This document shows positions 38,445 to 50,898 of a stretch of DNA of 64,000 bases, one piece after another. A model generated the notes under the pieces. That model searched no databases and was not told the origin of the DNA. It worked only from the letters and a program-made list of their open reading frames with translations. Both the position numbers and the translations under genes were made by a program. Numbering within the stretch: the first letter of the stretch is position 1; each line of letters opens with the position of its first letter. Source of the DNA: Camelus ferus (taxonomy: Eukaryota); NCBI RefSeq assembly GCF_009834535.1, contig NC_045696.1, positions 100,752,001-100,816,000 on the forward strand. Direction: 5' to 3'.

Positions 38445-40230
38445 CAAGTGATTTGAATATTTATGCAGCAAAGTTCATTCTTTGTGGTGTACACTTCATG
38501 AGTTTTGGAAAATGTAAAGTCAGAGCTTGGGCTTAGGTTGATTTATCATCACTGTAACAGCTATATCACGTTAAAAATGTCCTTGTGTGACAACTTTATA
38601 GTTAACCCCCACTCCTGACTCCCGCCCTAGCCTAATAAACTTAACTTTTCCAGAATGTCATGTAAATGGAATCACATAATATTTTTGGCCAATTCTAGGC
38701 AATTATGAATAAAACTCACGTAAATATAGCACATAAGTTTTTGTGTGAACATAAATCTCCATTTCTCTCAGCTGTGTACCTAGGAATAGGATGACAGTGC
38801 CATACAGTGTTTATAGAAAACTGCAAACCTTTTTTTCCTCAAAGTAGCTGTACCATTTGTGTTCCCACTAGTAACGCGTGAGATTTCCAGTTTTTCTAAA
38901 TCATTGTCAGCACTTGGAACTGTCAGGGTGTCTTTCTTTGCAGTTGCTGTTTTATTTTTTGTTTGTTTTTGTGTTTTAACCATTCTAATGGGTATGTAGT
39001 GGTATATTATTTTTAATTTATTTTGCCTTTCACTGATGATTAAAATTTTGGAGCATCATTTTTGTGCTCATGGGCCATTCATACATCTTCTTTGGTCCTG
39101 TGTTGCTCAACCCATTTGTCCACCAGGATGTTTTCTTTGTATTACTGAGTTTTAAGTTTTCTTTATACATTATGAACGTAAGTTCTTTGCCAAAAATGAG
39201 TTTTGAAAATATTTTCTCTGAGTTTGTTGCATCTCTTTTCAAAATCTTAATAGTGTCTTTTGAAGAACAGAAGTTTTTAATTTTCATGCTGCTAATTTTA
39301 TCTTTTTCTGTTATAGCTTGTAGGTTTGCATGCCAAGAAGTCTTTGCTTAACTAATGGTCACAGATATTTCTTACTCTGTGTTCCTACAGAAGTAATAGA
39401 TTTTAAAATCTTACATTTAGGTCTAGGATACATTTTGAATTAAGTTTTTATTATAGTGGGAGTGAATAATCAAGATTTTTTTTTTTTTTTTTTACATACA
39501 GCTATATGATTTTCCCAGCACCATTTGTTGAAAAACCTGTCTTTTCTCTATTAGATTACTTTGGCACTATGTCAAATATCAATTAACCAGATACGTTTGG
39601 GATTAATCTTGGACCCAGTTATGTTCTATTGATCTAGTGATTTGCCAATGACACATTCCCTTGATGTACTTTTATAAAGTCAGATAATGTGAATTCTAAA
39701 TCATTGATCTTCTTAAAAAATTTTGGCTATTTTATTTCCTGGCAATTTATTTATAAGCTTTACAATATATTGGAAAATTTCTATTTTTAAAAAAGCATGT
39801 TGGAACTTAAACTTTGATTGTAATAAACTGCAGGTTATTTTGGGAAGAATTAATCCTAATGATATTGAGGTTTGCAAACTATGAGTGTGGTATATAGGTA
39901 TATTTATTTAGGTCTTATTTAATTTCTTTCAGTAATACATTATAGTTTTCAAAGTACAGCTTTTGAATACATTTAAAATATATCATGAAGAATTTCATGC
40001 TTTTGAAATTTTCAATCACATTTTGTTAAATTTCAAGTTTTGATTTTATTATCAATGTATAGAAATACGATTAACTTTTACATAGTGACCTTACGTGATT
40101 TTGCAAGACTGAATTATTTTAGTTGTTAGTAAATAACCTTGCTATCTTTGCACCAGAAGAAATCAGAATTTTACTTTTTTCTTTTCCATCTATACATATT
40201 TTTTTACTCTTCTTACTGACCTAAAACATT
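38445..40230 (-). mobile_element. L1MD/L1MC 3'UTR and decayed ORF2
   Basis: ORF 39030-39287 (KIKNFCSSKDTIK...EKIFSK..FGKEL) resembles L1 ORF2p IKLKSFCTAKET...WEKIFA...DKGL; also ttcccagcaccatttgttgaaaa. Confidence 0.92.
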
Positions 40231-41906
40231 GAGAACTCCTGAAGGTTGTAATTTTTTATTTGCTTAGTGTCAGAAACATTTCAGAATTCTTCTCACATTA
40301 ATAGTTTATTTTTAATTTCTAAATGAGTTGAATAGCTACTAGGAGTAAGATCTCTTTCAAAGCTTTGGGAAGGAAGGCTAAGACTTGTAATGAACCATAT
40401 TACATTCACTCCATAGGCTTAGTTGTAAAAGTGGAAACTGACCACAAGAATACTTTTATTTATATTTATTATAGAAAAATTCAACATAGCAGATATATAT
40501 AATATAAAAATTTTCAATTTGTATAGATTGATTCTTCCTATTAATACACCCATTCCTAAGGATTCCCTTGATAGTCCATCAATAGCCTGAAAATATAAAT
40601 GAGCTTTCTCACCTTGAAAGATATTATGCCACCACTGTGGACAGTGTCTCATTATAGCATTTTGCTCTGCTTCAGGCTAGAGACTAAACCTTCAAGGTGA
40701 GAGAGCAGGAGGCCCATGGTGCACTTCTACAGTGGGAGCAAATAACACTGAGCCATAAATGCTCAGGTGTCTTAAATTCTGTTGTGGGGGGTGGGCTCCT
40801 TTTTGGTGGTTGGTACTCCAAAAAGTGTTGCTTTTCAGACCTTTGCTGTGATTGGGTCTATGTGTGATGCTAAGTATGATTAAGGCACAGACAATGATTC
40901 TTCTACAGCCACAAATCAGGCTGAAGTTTCTGTGAATATGCAAATTAGACAACTCCTGTGTTGATACCATTACAGTACTATGACCGTCACTGGGACTTAA
41001 GAGTCACCACTCATGGTCTCACATTCTGTAGTGCCAGACAACAATTTCATCTTGTTAAATTGCCTAAGTAATATTTATGAAATTTTCTTGGCATTATTTA
41101 ATTGGGCAACACTAATATTTCTTGTCTATATTCTTGTCTAGATATTTACATATTATTTTTCAAATATAATATTCAAACACGTATTATTTATATCTGATAT
41201 CATTATTATAAACTTCATGAAATTAATTGTTGTTCATCTGGTTTTTCATTAAAACTTTAATTTTTTTCTTTGTTACCATTTTAAAACAGTCAAAGTAATA
41301 TTCTGTTGTGTCAAAGTTGTTATTTTATCCTGACACTTGTGTTTGCAGGGTGGTAGTGAAGAAAGTGGGAAAGAAACTAGGATGTTTTTGTACAATGCTA
41401 ATGCATTAATGGGCTGATTTTTTCCCTCCTTTACCTCAGTCATCCAAGATTACTAAAAATTAATCTCATGAATTCATTTATGAATGTAATGTTTTCAAAC
41501 TCCTTCCTTTTACTCTTCCTTTTAGTTAAAAAGCAGCTTAGTACCTAGTACTTTAGACTATTTCTAAACATTAATTCTCCAGAAAGTACTCAAAGCCATG
41601 AAAGTTTGATTTGTATAAAAATAATTTCCAATTAAATCCTTAACATTTTTATTTACACATAAATATTAAGAAATAGATTTTACTATTATAAATTTAATAT
41701 ATCATATTAATATGTTTAATATATTATAAATATTATAATTTTTGCATGATTTACACATGTACCAAAGGGAATCTTTCCATCTATCATCTCTATTTAATTA
41801 TAATAGGTGCCCATGTTTTTACAAGCAAAACTGCAATCTGGCTTATTGCTTTTACTCATACTGTCTTGCATATTAAGACAAATAGATTCAAAATTCAGGA
41901 CCTAAA

Positions 41907-42026
41907 GGGGGAGGGTATAGGTCAAGTGGTAGAGTGCTTTCTTAGCATCCACAAAGTCCTGGGTTCAGTCTCCAGTACCGCCTCTAAAAAAATAAATAAG
42001 TAAGTAAACCTAATTATCTTCCCCCA
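41907..42026 (+). mobile_element. tRNA-Ala-derived camelid SINE (vic-1-like)
   Basis: ggggagggtataggtcaagtggtagagtgctttcttagcatccacaaagtcctgggttcagtctccagtacc plus aaacctaattatcttccccc tail; exact direct repeat caaaattcaggacctaaa at 41889-41906 and 42027-42044. Confidence 0.95.
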
Positions 42027-42399
42027 CAAAATTCAGGACCTAAAAACGTGTGTGCATGTGTGGTGGTGTGGGGAGTTGTGTAAATCTGTCTGCCTGAATG
42101 TAAAAACAAAAGTTCTGCTAAAGTTTCCCTATAGCTGACAGTCAGTCATGACAGATAACAATTAGTAATCCCACGATTAATCATCCAGGTCACACTTATG
42201 TAGGCTATTTAAAGAAAGTCAATTGTCTTGGTGGAAGGATTAGAATATATGAGCATTGACTAAACTTAATTCTCTGGTGTGAATGCTCTAGCACAGAGTG
42301 TCCAATAAAAATCTGTTCTTATCAAAGGCTGCTCGTAAGACACTTTCTACAAACTTAAATAGAAATATATATACTTTCTTAATACCTTATGCATTTCTT

Positions 42400-42566
42400 G
42401 TTTTATCTCTCATCCAGTTTTACTGCAATTAATTTTTCTCCTTTCTGTTTCACTGCTACATTTGAGGTTCTTCTAGGTCAGGGTCATATTTTGCATTTCT
42501 GTGATCTTAGATCCTCGCCTGTATCTAACAAATACTAGACTTTTCAGTAAATATTTATTGAATTAA
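42400..42566 (+). mobile_element. L2 3' end
   Basis: ggtcagggtcatattttg...tcagtaaatatttattgaattaat. Confidence 0.65.
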
Positions 42567-44729
42567 TCGCAAAGCTCTATTAAACACATAAAACTACCTA
42601 AGGAAGTAAAATCATAAAGATAAAATTAATAAATTATTTTCTTATTGATTTCCATTGTGGAATTCTGTACAAATAATAAGAATTTAAAACAAATTATGTT
42701 ATTGTTTTCTTGCTTTCATATCAGTTTTAAGGCTTAAGTCATGATTTTTATTTATAATAAAATAAACTCAGAATTATCAAAGTGTCAAAATGTACTGACC
42801 TTTGAGGAAAATTTTAAAAAATTATTTCTTCCTTCTAATGGAGAGTCAAAATTTGTCAGTTAAAGGGATAAACTTTCTCAACAAATTCTAATAAAAGTCT
42901 GATTCACTATTAAATAACTTTTAAAATCTGTGTACACAGAGAAATCAAGCTGTAGTAAAAATAGTTTTCTTTTCAGGTAGTAAGTTAGACAACCACTGAA
43001 AGTCAATCATTACAGGCCGATCTAGCTATCACTACCCTCTTTCCAGAAAGCTTTAAACTTTCTTTTCTGTTTGAAAATTATCTGGTAGTATATCTTATGG
43101 CAGATTCTTTTCACTGAGTGTGAGAAAATGGTATTCTACTGTGCAGATTTTATAGTTTGTAATAAGTGTAACTTTCAAAAGATTTAATTATTCTTTAGTG
43201 ATAGGAATAAAACTACTCTTATATAATGGGGTTATTCTTGCTGTATCCATAGTGAAAAAGCATTCTCTGATTTATTAGTGAGGGAAATGATTTAAGGCAA
43301 ACATATTTTGTTTGTAGATGCTTAGATTACATTGTCTGCACTACCATAAACTCAACTTATAATTAATGGACAATTTAACAATCCGAAATTGAAGCTCTAT
43401 GTTTGTGGGCAATACTTGTAAGTCATGAAGTCATGAAGCAAAATGTTCAACTAAAGTAGAATGAACTCTAAGCTAAATTTTGTAATGTTGAATAAGGTGG
43501 AAAATTTGTCTTCATTGAGCTCACAGTCCAATAGAATGGAAAGAAAAATAAATATTTTTGAAAAACAAAGCATCATTTTCAACACACTGATAATTGTTCT
43601 AGTAAAAATGTGTGAGGATCTAGAGAAGCATATAACCGTTTCACTCAAAATAATGCTTTTCTCCTTGTCCATGTTAAGCTGCTTCTCTTTTTCTTTTTAC
43701 TTTAAAAAAAAATGAAGACACAATGTCTTCCAGAAGTTCAATGCAGTGGAGATATATATATTTCAATTAATACATTTTATCTCTTATAGCAGTTTAGGTT
43801 AGCCGGAATAATATTTCTTTTTAGAAGGAATTATTAGAAGGAAGAATGAAGTTAAACCATTGCTGTTGTTCAGGACAAGAGGGAATATTGTAACAGGAAA
43901 GCCCTTTACAAAGCTCATTTTATCATGAAATATTTCATTCTTTGAAATAATTTAGAGTTTTGCTTTTTATACACTGAGCTTTTGGTACTCTGTACTGTCC
44001 ATAGTAACAGTAGTAAAAATGAAAAGTTATTTGTTGGGTGCGTCTATGAATTTATAAGCATATGAAGTGTTGAGTTGCTCAATAGATACTATTTATTTGT
44101 TAATTTAACCTTTTTTTCAAAGAGGATTTAAAGTTGTGTAAAATACAAAAAGGTAAGTAGCATAAATTAGAAGCAAGAGTGAATTAAAAAAACTGGATTT
44201 ATAAAATATGTTCAAGAATGAGATAGAAGTTACATATTATAAATTACTTTTTAATAAATGTCTTGCAAAAAATTCTTTAAGTTTTCAGGCAACCAATAAA
44301 AAAGAGTTTGTTTTTACCAAAAAAAGCACAAATCATTTCAAAACTATTAACTTCTTTCTTAATACCTTCCACAATTGTTTTGATCTATTCTTATTCCTCA
44401 TTGAAATTCACCATAAATATAAAGTTTACAACACAATTTGGCAGAGATTTTTTCTTCAGTAATAAAATACTATTCTCAAAGCTTTAGATTAACCCATGAA
44501 AGCAAAAATGTCCTAACTTGCCATTAGAACTGAAACCAAAAATCCACAAAGGCAAATCAAATCATTGACAATCAGTGGTTTAAATCATCAAGAGATCATA
44601 GGCAATTCTGTCATGCACTGGAAACTTACATTAAACTAATTAAAATAACATAACTTTAAAATAAAGTTATTTTATCTATTCTATGTTTTATAATATTCTT
44701 GCTTCTGAAATATCTATATAAAGGTTAGA

Positions 44730-45400
44730 TTGGTCAAAGTCAAAGCAAAAAAAAAAAAAAAAATAGAAAACACTAACCAGTTTAAATAGGAAGTTCTTTA
44801 ATACAGGGAGTTATATGCTTAAAATATAGGGGGGATTTTTAAACTAGGCCTTCAGGAATACACTGAGAACAAAATGAACTGACTCACCAAAGATTTATAA
44901 GATTTATTAGATTTATTAGGAGCTACTATACTATACAGCTGCTGAGGTTACTGTCAAAGAAAGATAGAAATCAAGAAAGAAAGCACCACTATTATTGCTG
45001 CCGCAACAGCGGCAGAAAACCCAGGAAAAACTGGAGAATAGACAATTATAGCCATGATCTGGGGATTTAGATGTCAGATCAAGAAACTGCCATTTTTGTT
45101 ATTTTTCTGTTTTTTATACTCTCCAGAAGCTGAAGAATGGACAGTGGAAGACACTAGCAGAGATACTTCATATTTCCATGATTGTGTTTACCAACAAAAA
45201 ATAGCTGATAGAAAAATAAATAAACCCTATATCACTTCTGCTTTCAAATTCTTAAAACATGGCATCCAGTTGGGGAAACCAATTTGCACCCAGAACTGTA
45301 GCTCCAGTGACGCTTGGGGAATGTCAGTTTAGCTACTTTATCTACTTCTCCATTTAAAAGCTGGGTAGAGTGAAGACTGAGTGAGGAGATCTGGAGTATC
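44730..45400 (-). mobile_element. Ancient LTR element (subfamily uncertain)
   Basis: tttaatacagggagtta...cccagaactgtagctccagtgacgcttgggaatgtcagtttagct resembles old eutherian LTRs. Confidence 0.5.
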
Positions 45401-45889
45401 TAAAAATGTTACTAGTCTCTCCTATGGGTGTCGATTAATGAGTTAGAATGAATCACTGAATAGGCTAGGTGCTTGGGTGAATGATTACTCGGACTTTAAG
45501 CCCAAAAATTCAGCTCAAATACTAAAATGTGTTTGTTCCAATAAAGGGTTTAGTTCAACTTTACTAATCTTTATTTAATGCTTAGGCAGACTTGGCTAGG
45601 AACCGAAAAATAAATGTACCTCAGCTATACATTTCCTAAAGGTCTAGAGTTGAATGTTATCACTGAAATAAGTTTCAGTTTGGAGTGTTGCCAGAAGGTC
45701 TACATGGGTTTTGGGCTTTGCTGTTATTAAAGTCCTGGGGGTGTGGGTACGTGTGAGTGTGAGTGCACTTGTGTTTTACTTTTGTAGTATTTTTTTCGCC
45801 TCATTGGCCTCCCATTTATGACTCTTTTATTTTTTCTTCCAAGATCTTTATCTTTTTCCCTCTTTGTCAACTACAAAGTGTATTATGGT

Positions 45890-46030
45890 GGGAAGATAAT
45901 TGAATTTTAAATTAGAAAACTCAGTTTAAAATCCAGGCTCCACCAATTATTAGCAGCATGAAATTGCTCAAGAAAATTTAAGATTACTGTGACGGAATTT
46001 CCTCATTTGTACATCATAATACAAAGCTTG
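45890..46030 (+). mobile_element. MIR SINE
   Basis: tttaaaatccaggctccaccaattattagcagcatga...tttcctcatttgta. Confidence 0.6.
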
Positions 46031-47180
46031 ATCAATACCTATACTATCAAAAGAGAAAGCAGCTCTCAGTGATTCTAAAGCCATTTTCCAAACCTTGTAG
46101 AACTCACATCTTTTACTCTAAGGCCGAACGCTTGTGGATGAAATACTGCTCTCAGAGTACACAATAGTTTCAGGTGAGGGACTCAGATGTGGTGGGTGGG
46201 GTGTTAAGGAGAATTCCTCAAACTGTGCCACAGCCGATCGTCTGAGTAAACAGAACTGTCTGTATGAAGTAGCATCAGAATGAAAAGGAATCCCATAAAA
46301 ACATACTAAGCTGATACCAAAAAGAGGGATGGGAAGCAGAAGAAAGAAAGGGAAAAAGGAAAACAAAGATGAAGAACTCGGTCTGGGGGGAATAACCAAG
46401 AAATGAGGAAAAACCCTTGTGACTGTTCTGTACTACAGAATATTCTATAAAAACATACATACAATAAACAAAAGCTTAATTTCAGGTAATAAAATAGAAG
46501 AATAGAAGAAAACATGTATTTTGCTTAATAGGAATATACATACATTGTGTGTGTTTGTGTGTGCACGTGTGTATACATATATTTCAAATAGTATAAGTAG
46601 TAAATCAATTGATTAACTAGAAACAGCAAAAGCCACAAGTCTGTATTGATTGATTTTAACTAAAAGTCTGTATCACTTTAAAATAATGCAAGGTATTAAT
46701 TTTAAAAATTAAGTAATTAATTTTAAAATAATTGAATTATTAATTTAATTAATTTTAATAAATAATAATTATTTTAAGAGGCTGAATATTTTTATATACA
46801 TGACTATCAGTAGAACTGATAGCATAGAAAAGGCTGTGAAGCCAGTCTAGTCATATATCCTAATACATTTAATGCACAAAGACCAGCATTAAGTGTATAA
46901 TAAATCATTAATGAATATTAACCTTATTATTTTTGTTATATCCACTTTGTTCTAAATCCCAGTATATATCACTACTATGATTATAATTAGATATGATGTT
47001 GCCATTATTAGCACAGTTAAATAGTAATTATGTGTTAATTTAGACAATATTTATGTTGTATTCAAAATTATGAATAATCAATTCAAATATTAACTAAAAA
47101 ACTCTCATAGAGTTTTAAATTATTCAAGTAAAGTCCACAGTCTACTTATCTATAATCTATTCTAAAAGTGCTAGGCCTGC

Positions 47181-47591
47181 AAAGATGAACAGATGGCCAA
47201 CATGTGCATGAAAAGATGCTCATCATTACTAATTATTAGAGAAATGCAAATCAAAACTGCAATTAGGTATCACATGACACTGGTCAGAATGGCCATCATC
47301 AAAAAGTCTACAAATAATAAATGCTGGAGAGGGTGTGGAGAAAAGGGAACCCTCCTATACTGTTGGTGGGAAAGTAAATTGGTGCAGCCACTATGGAGAA
47401 CAGTATCAAGGTTCCCTAAAAAACTAAAAGTAGGGTTACTATATGATCTAGCAATCCCACTCCAGAAAAGACAAAAATTCTAATTTGAAATGATACATGC
47501 ACTCCAATGTTCACAGAAGCACTATGAACCTAAAGGTAGCAACCTAAGTATGTGTTGCCCATTGACAAATGAAAGAATAAAAATGTGGTGT

Positions 47592-47647
<56 letters not shown>

Positions 47648-47990
47648 TGGAATATTACTCAGTCATAAAAGTGAAATAAAAATGCCATTGCAGCAACATT
47701 GAGGGATTTAGAAATTATCAGACTAAGTGAAATAAGTCAGACAGATAAAGACAAATATGGTATCACTTATTTGTAGAATTTTAAAAATACGATACAAATG
47801 AACTTATTTACAAAACAGAAACAAACTCATAGACATAGAAGATAATATGGTTACCAAAGGGGGAAGAGCAGGAGGGATAAATTAGGAGTTTGGGATTAAG
47901 AGAAACACGTTACTATATATAAAATAGATAAACAATAAGGACCTACTGTGTAGCAAAGGGAACTATATTCAATATCTGGTAATAACCCTC
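47181..47990 (+). mobile_element. Artiodactyl/camelid L1 ORF2 C-terminus and 3'UTR (non-functional fragment)
   Basis: ORF 47193-47483 [59 protein letters not shown] is the L1 ORF2p Cys-rich domain with the CCHC motif degraded (H>Y, C>S); 3'UTR gggataaattaggagtttgggatta. Confidence 0.95.
47596..47643. repeat. (AC)n microsatellite, about 24 units, inside L1
   Basis: Directly visible. Confidence 0.98.
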
Positions 47991-48891
47991 TCTCTGGGAA
48001 AAAAAAGGGGGGGAATTTTAAATAGTAGACATAAACCATGTGCTTTAGCCAGGGAGAATAGTCCCCTCTGACTTCACTAACTTGATGTAGCTGCTTTACC
48101 ATTTTTTCTTTCCTACAAAAAACCTGGTTACTTCACTTGGCCTTGGAATGCACATGTCCTCAGCATTCACCCACCTCCATGAGGTAAGTGTAGAAGGTCA
48201 TTGTTGGTGCATTATATTTTGATCCTCCTCTTGGATCAATGATGCTTAAGCCTAGAACCGAAACATTTCAAAGGGAATAGAACCATGAATGCCATCACCA
48301 CAAATGAAATGCCTTGCAAAGCATTTCTTTTTCTCTGCATTTTTTTCATGAATGTTTTCTTCCTCATTCAGTTATAGATATATTTGACTATTTAGTTTTC
48401 CATAAGAAGTCAGGTATTTCTTAAGGGAGACATTTTTAGAGTATGCAGATTGTAATACCTTATTCCAATAACTATATAAATTTGGTGAGCTATTTACATA
48501 AGTAAATTATGGTAGGCGTTCCAAAATGCCAAAGGGTAATATAAGATTAGGATCCATATGTTTGAAAATGATCTTTTATTTAGTTAGAAATCATCAAGGG
48601 AATAAAGGGATATTATGGAAGATAATGTGCTATCCATAGCAACTAGTAAGTCGCATTTTAGGTATAAACAGATTAGGTACAACATTGAAATAGAACATAC
48701 TAGATAAGAGGAAACACACATCCCAAACATGTCAACACTATAAACATGAAGTCTCTTTGTCATTCATATAGAATTATGGAAAGTTCAGCTCCTCAGTACT
48801 TCTGACGCCCAGAGCATTCAGCAAAAAGTAGGGTGATGTTTCTTCACCTCAGCGGTGTGTCTGGGCCGTGGTAACTGAAAAAACTCGCCAT

Positions 48892-48980
48892 CTGGAACCT
48901 ATCACGTGAGCTGTATTTATGTTCTCCGGAGTAGAGAGACAGATGTCCACAATAAAAAAAAAAAAAAAAAAAAAAAAAAA
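48892..48980 (+). other. Probable short retroposed orphan insertion with A27 tail
   Basis: Flanked by aaaaaactcgccat (48878-48891) and aaaaaacttgccat (48975-48988); 62-nt unique body, then an uninterrupted A27 run whose last six A's overlap the right repeat. Confidence 0.6.
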
Positions 48981-49443
48981 CTTGCCATACTGTCATGCTT
49001 GTTTCCCAAGTGCAGAAAACATGATTTCTGTTCAAAGAGGCTCACAAATTAGTTTGCCCCTGGGACAATTTTCTTTACAGTCAAGTTAGAAATAATTAAA
49101 TGAATGTCGGGAAATTTTATGCCAGGTTAAATTTAATTAAAGAGCTTTCGTGGTATGACTGCTATCATATTTTACTTCTTAAGAAATAGTTTAAAAATTG
49201 AATTCATTATTCATGCTTGGGTTCAATAGGTAAAACTTGCTTCTCAGCAGCATTAAAAAATCAACTCATTGATTCCTGATAATTGTTTTAATCCCATCTT
49301 TTTATTCACTGGATAAGCTTAATTTCGATTTTATAGTATTATCTCTAGGTTTCTATTGTATATTTTATACACAGTAGAAGGTGCTCTGTATATTTTATGA
49401 ATTCTTTGCTTCAGATACAAAACATGTCTCTGTTCATTTTTCA

Positions 49444-49575
49444 TTTTTTTTTTTTTTTGGTGGGAGGAGGTAATTAGGTTTACTTATTTATTTATTTTTA
49501 GAGAAGGTGCTGGGGATTGAACCTAGGACCTTGTGCATGCTAAGCATGAGCTCTACTACTGAGCTATATCCTCCC
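49444..49575 (-). mobile_element. tRNA-Ala-derived camelid SINE (vic-1-like)
   Basis: T-tract, ggaggtaattaggttt, ggtgctggggattgaacctaggaccttgtgcatgctaagcatgagctctactactgagctatatcctccc; imperfect TSD ctctgttcatttt / ctctgaccatttt. Confidence 0.93.
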
Positions 49576-50344
49576 TCTGACCATTTTTATTCACTTAGGT
49601 AAAGAGAGAGAAATAAGAAAGAGAGAGAGAAGTAACAAACTCTCTGAATAAGGACTCATGGATTCGAGTTTTAGCTCTATATCTGTATAACATTAGACAA
49701 AGCATGTACATTCATCGATTCTCCTTAATTTTTAAAATGATCATATCCCACTAATATTTTTTCCAGTTCCAAACACATGATGTATGTGTACTTATATTTA
49801 TGGTTTGCTTATGTTCAGAGTGTTATATTATTGTTATTATTTGACCATTATTTCTTAAGAGAAAGGTTGCCTCTTGATTGCCTCATATTATTTTTCAAAA
49901 ATATATTTAGGATGATGGCCAGTTGGAAAGTGTTAAAAACAGACATCTCCTTTGTGTGTTGGCGTTTATGTACACTTTGAAATTCTGCTCAGAGGAGTAT
50001 TTAAATGTATTCAGTGAAGAACATCAGTTCTAACATCCCTGTACATGGTATTCACAAAACAGTTTTAAAATTGTAAGTTGTACTAGCTAAAGGAAATGTA
50101 AGTGAGGATAATTGAATTCAGAATGTAATATATCAAACAGATCTACCTCTGCCATCTTTTTAGAACTGAATCATGGTTGTTTTTCTTTTCGTGTGTGCAC
50201 TCTAAGACCGCCATGTATATAAAATGAGTGTCAGAACTCTTCTTGTGGGCTAATTAGGCATATTCAATTGACCGTGTAAAATTTCTTAAATAGAGTATTT
50301 GGAGGCTGTATTTCCAAGATAGTCATGTTCATTCATTTACGAAG

Positions 50345-50898
50345 TGTGGGAAGAGTAGCAGAATGTGCCACCCCAAAATATGACACCCCAAAATATGTCA
50401 CTTGGGCATATTGATTATTTTGAGCTATAGGCACTTGAAGAACAGAAAATGCAGGGAGAGATTTCTTTGAATTCCTCTTCTCTGCCTAAAGACAGAGGTT
50501 CCAAAAGGAATTCAATTGTCATAGATCCCTTTTCAGGGACTTTCATCAGTCAGTGGAAATTGACCCTTATCACAGGAGAGAAGTGTAGAAGTCCATCCAA
50601 CACCCAAACTGTCACGAACTATCACACCACCCACCTATCCTTCAAAGGACCCATTCATCTTTCCTAAGAAATCACCTACTCTCCCCGAAGAGGCCTACAT
50701 CTCCCTGCCCTTTCCTTATTAAGATGATATTTAACTGAATTCTAAGGCACCTCTTTAAGTTACCTTTTCCCCTGGGTATTTCCCACATAAGACAAGAGGT
50801 ATACATGTTAATAAACTTGTTTGTTTTTCTCTCTTAATCTTTCATTGCAGGTAAAAGCACAGAAAGGTAAAGGGGGAAATTATTTTTCCTCCCCTACA
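50345..50898 (+). mobile_element. ERV1-class solo LTR (MER34/MER39-like)
   Basis: TG...CA ends; gcagaatgtgccaccccaaaatatg, gcatattgattattttgagct, catgttaataaact and tttttcctcccctaca; no clean TSD. Confidence 0.85.

Noticed and set aside
44998..45015. GC hairpin ctgccgc-aaca-gcggcag
   Set aside because: Only a 7-bp stem inside an old LTR, expected by chance; no terminator or RNA-gene context.
46680..46780. AT-only quasi-palindromic tract (also about 41640-41740)
   Set aside because: Low-complexity sequence; self-complementarity is trivial at this composition.
47193..47483. 96-aa ORF as a functional CDS
   Set aside because: A 5'-truncated L1 ORF2 remnant with a broken CCHC motif and a downstream deletion/frameshift.
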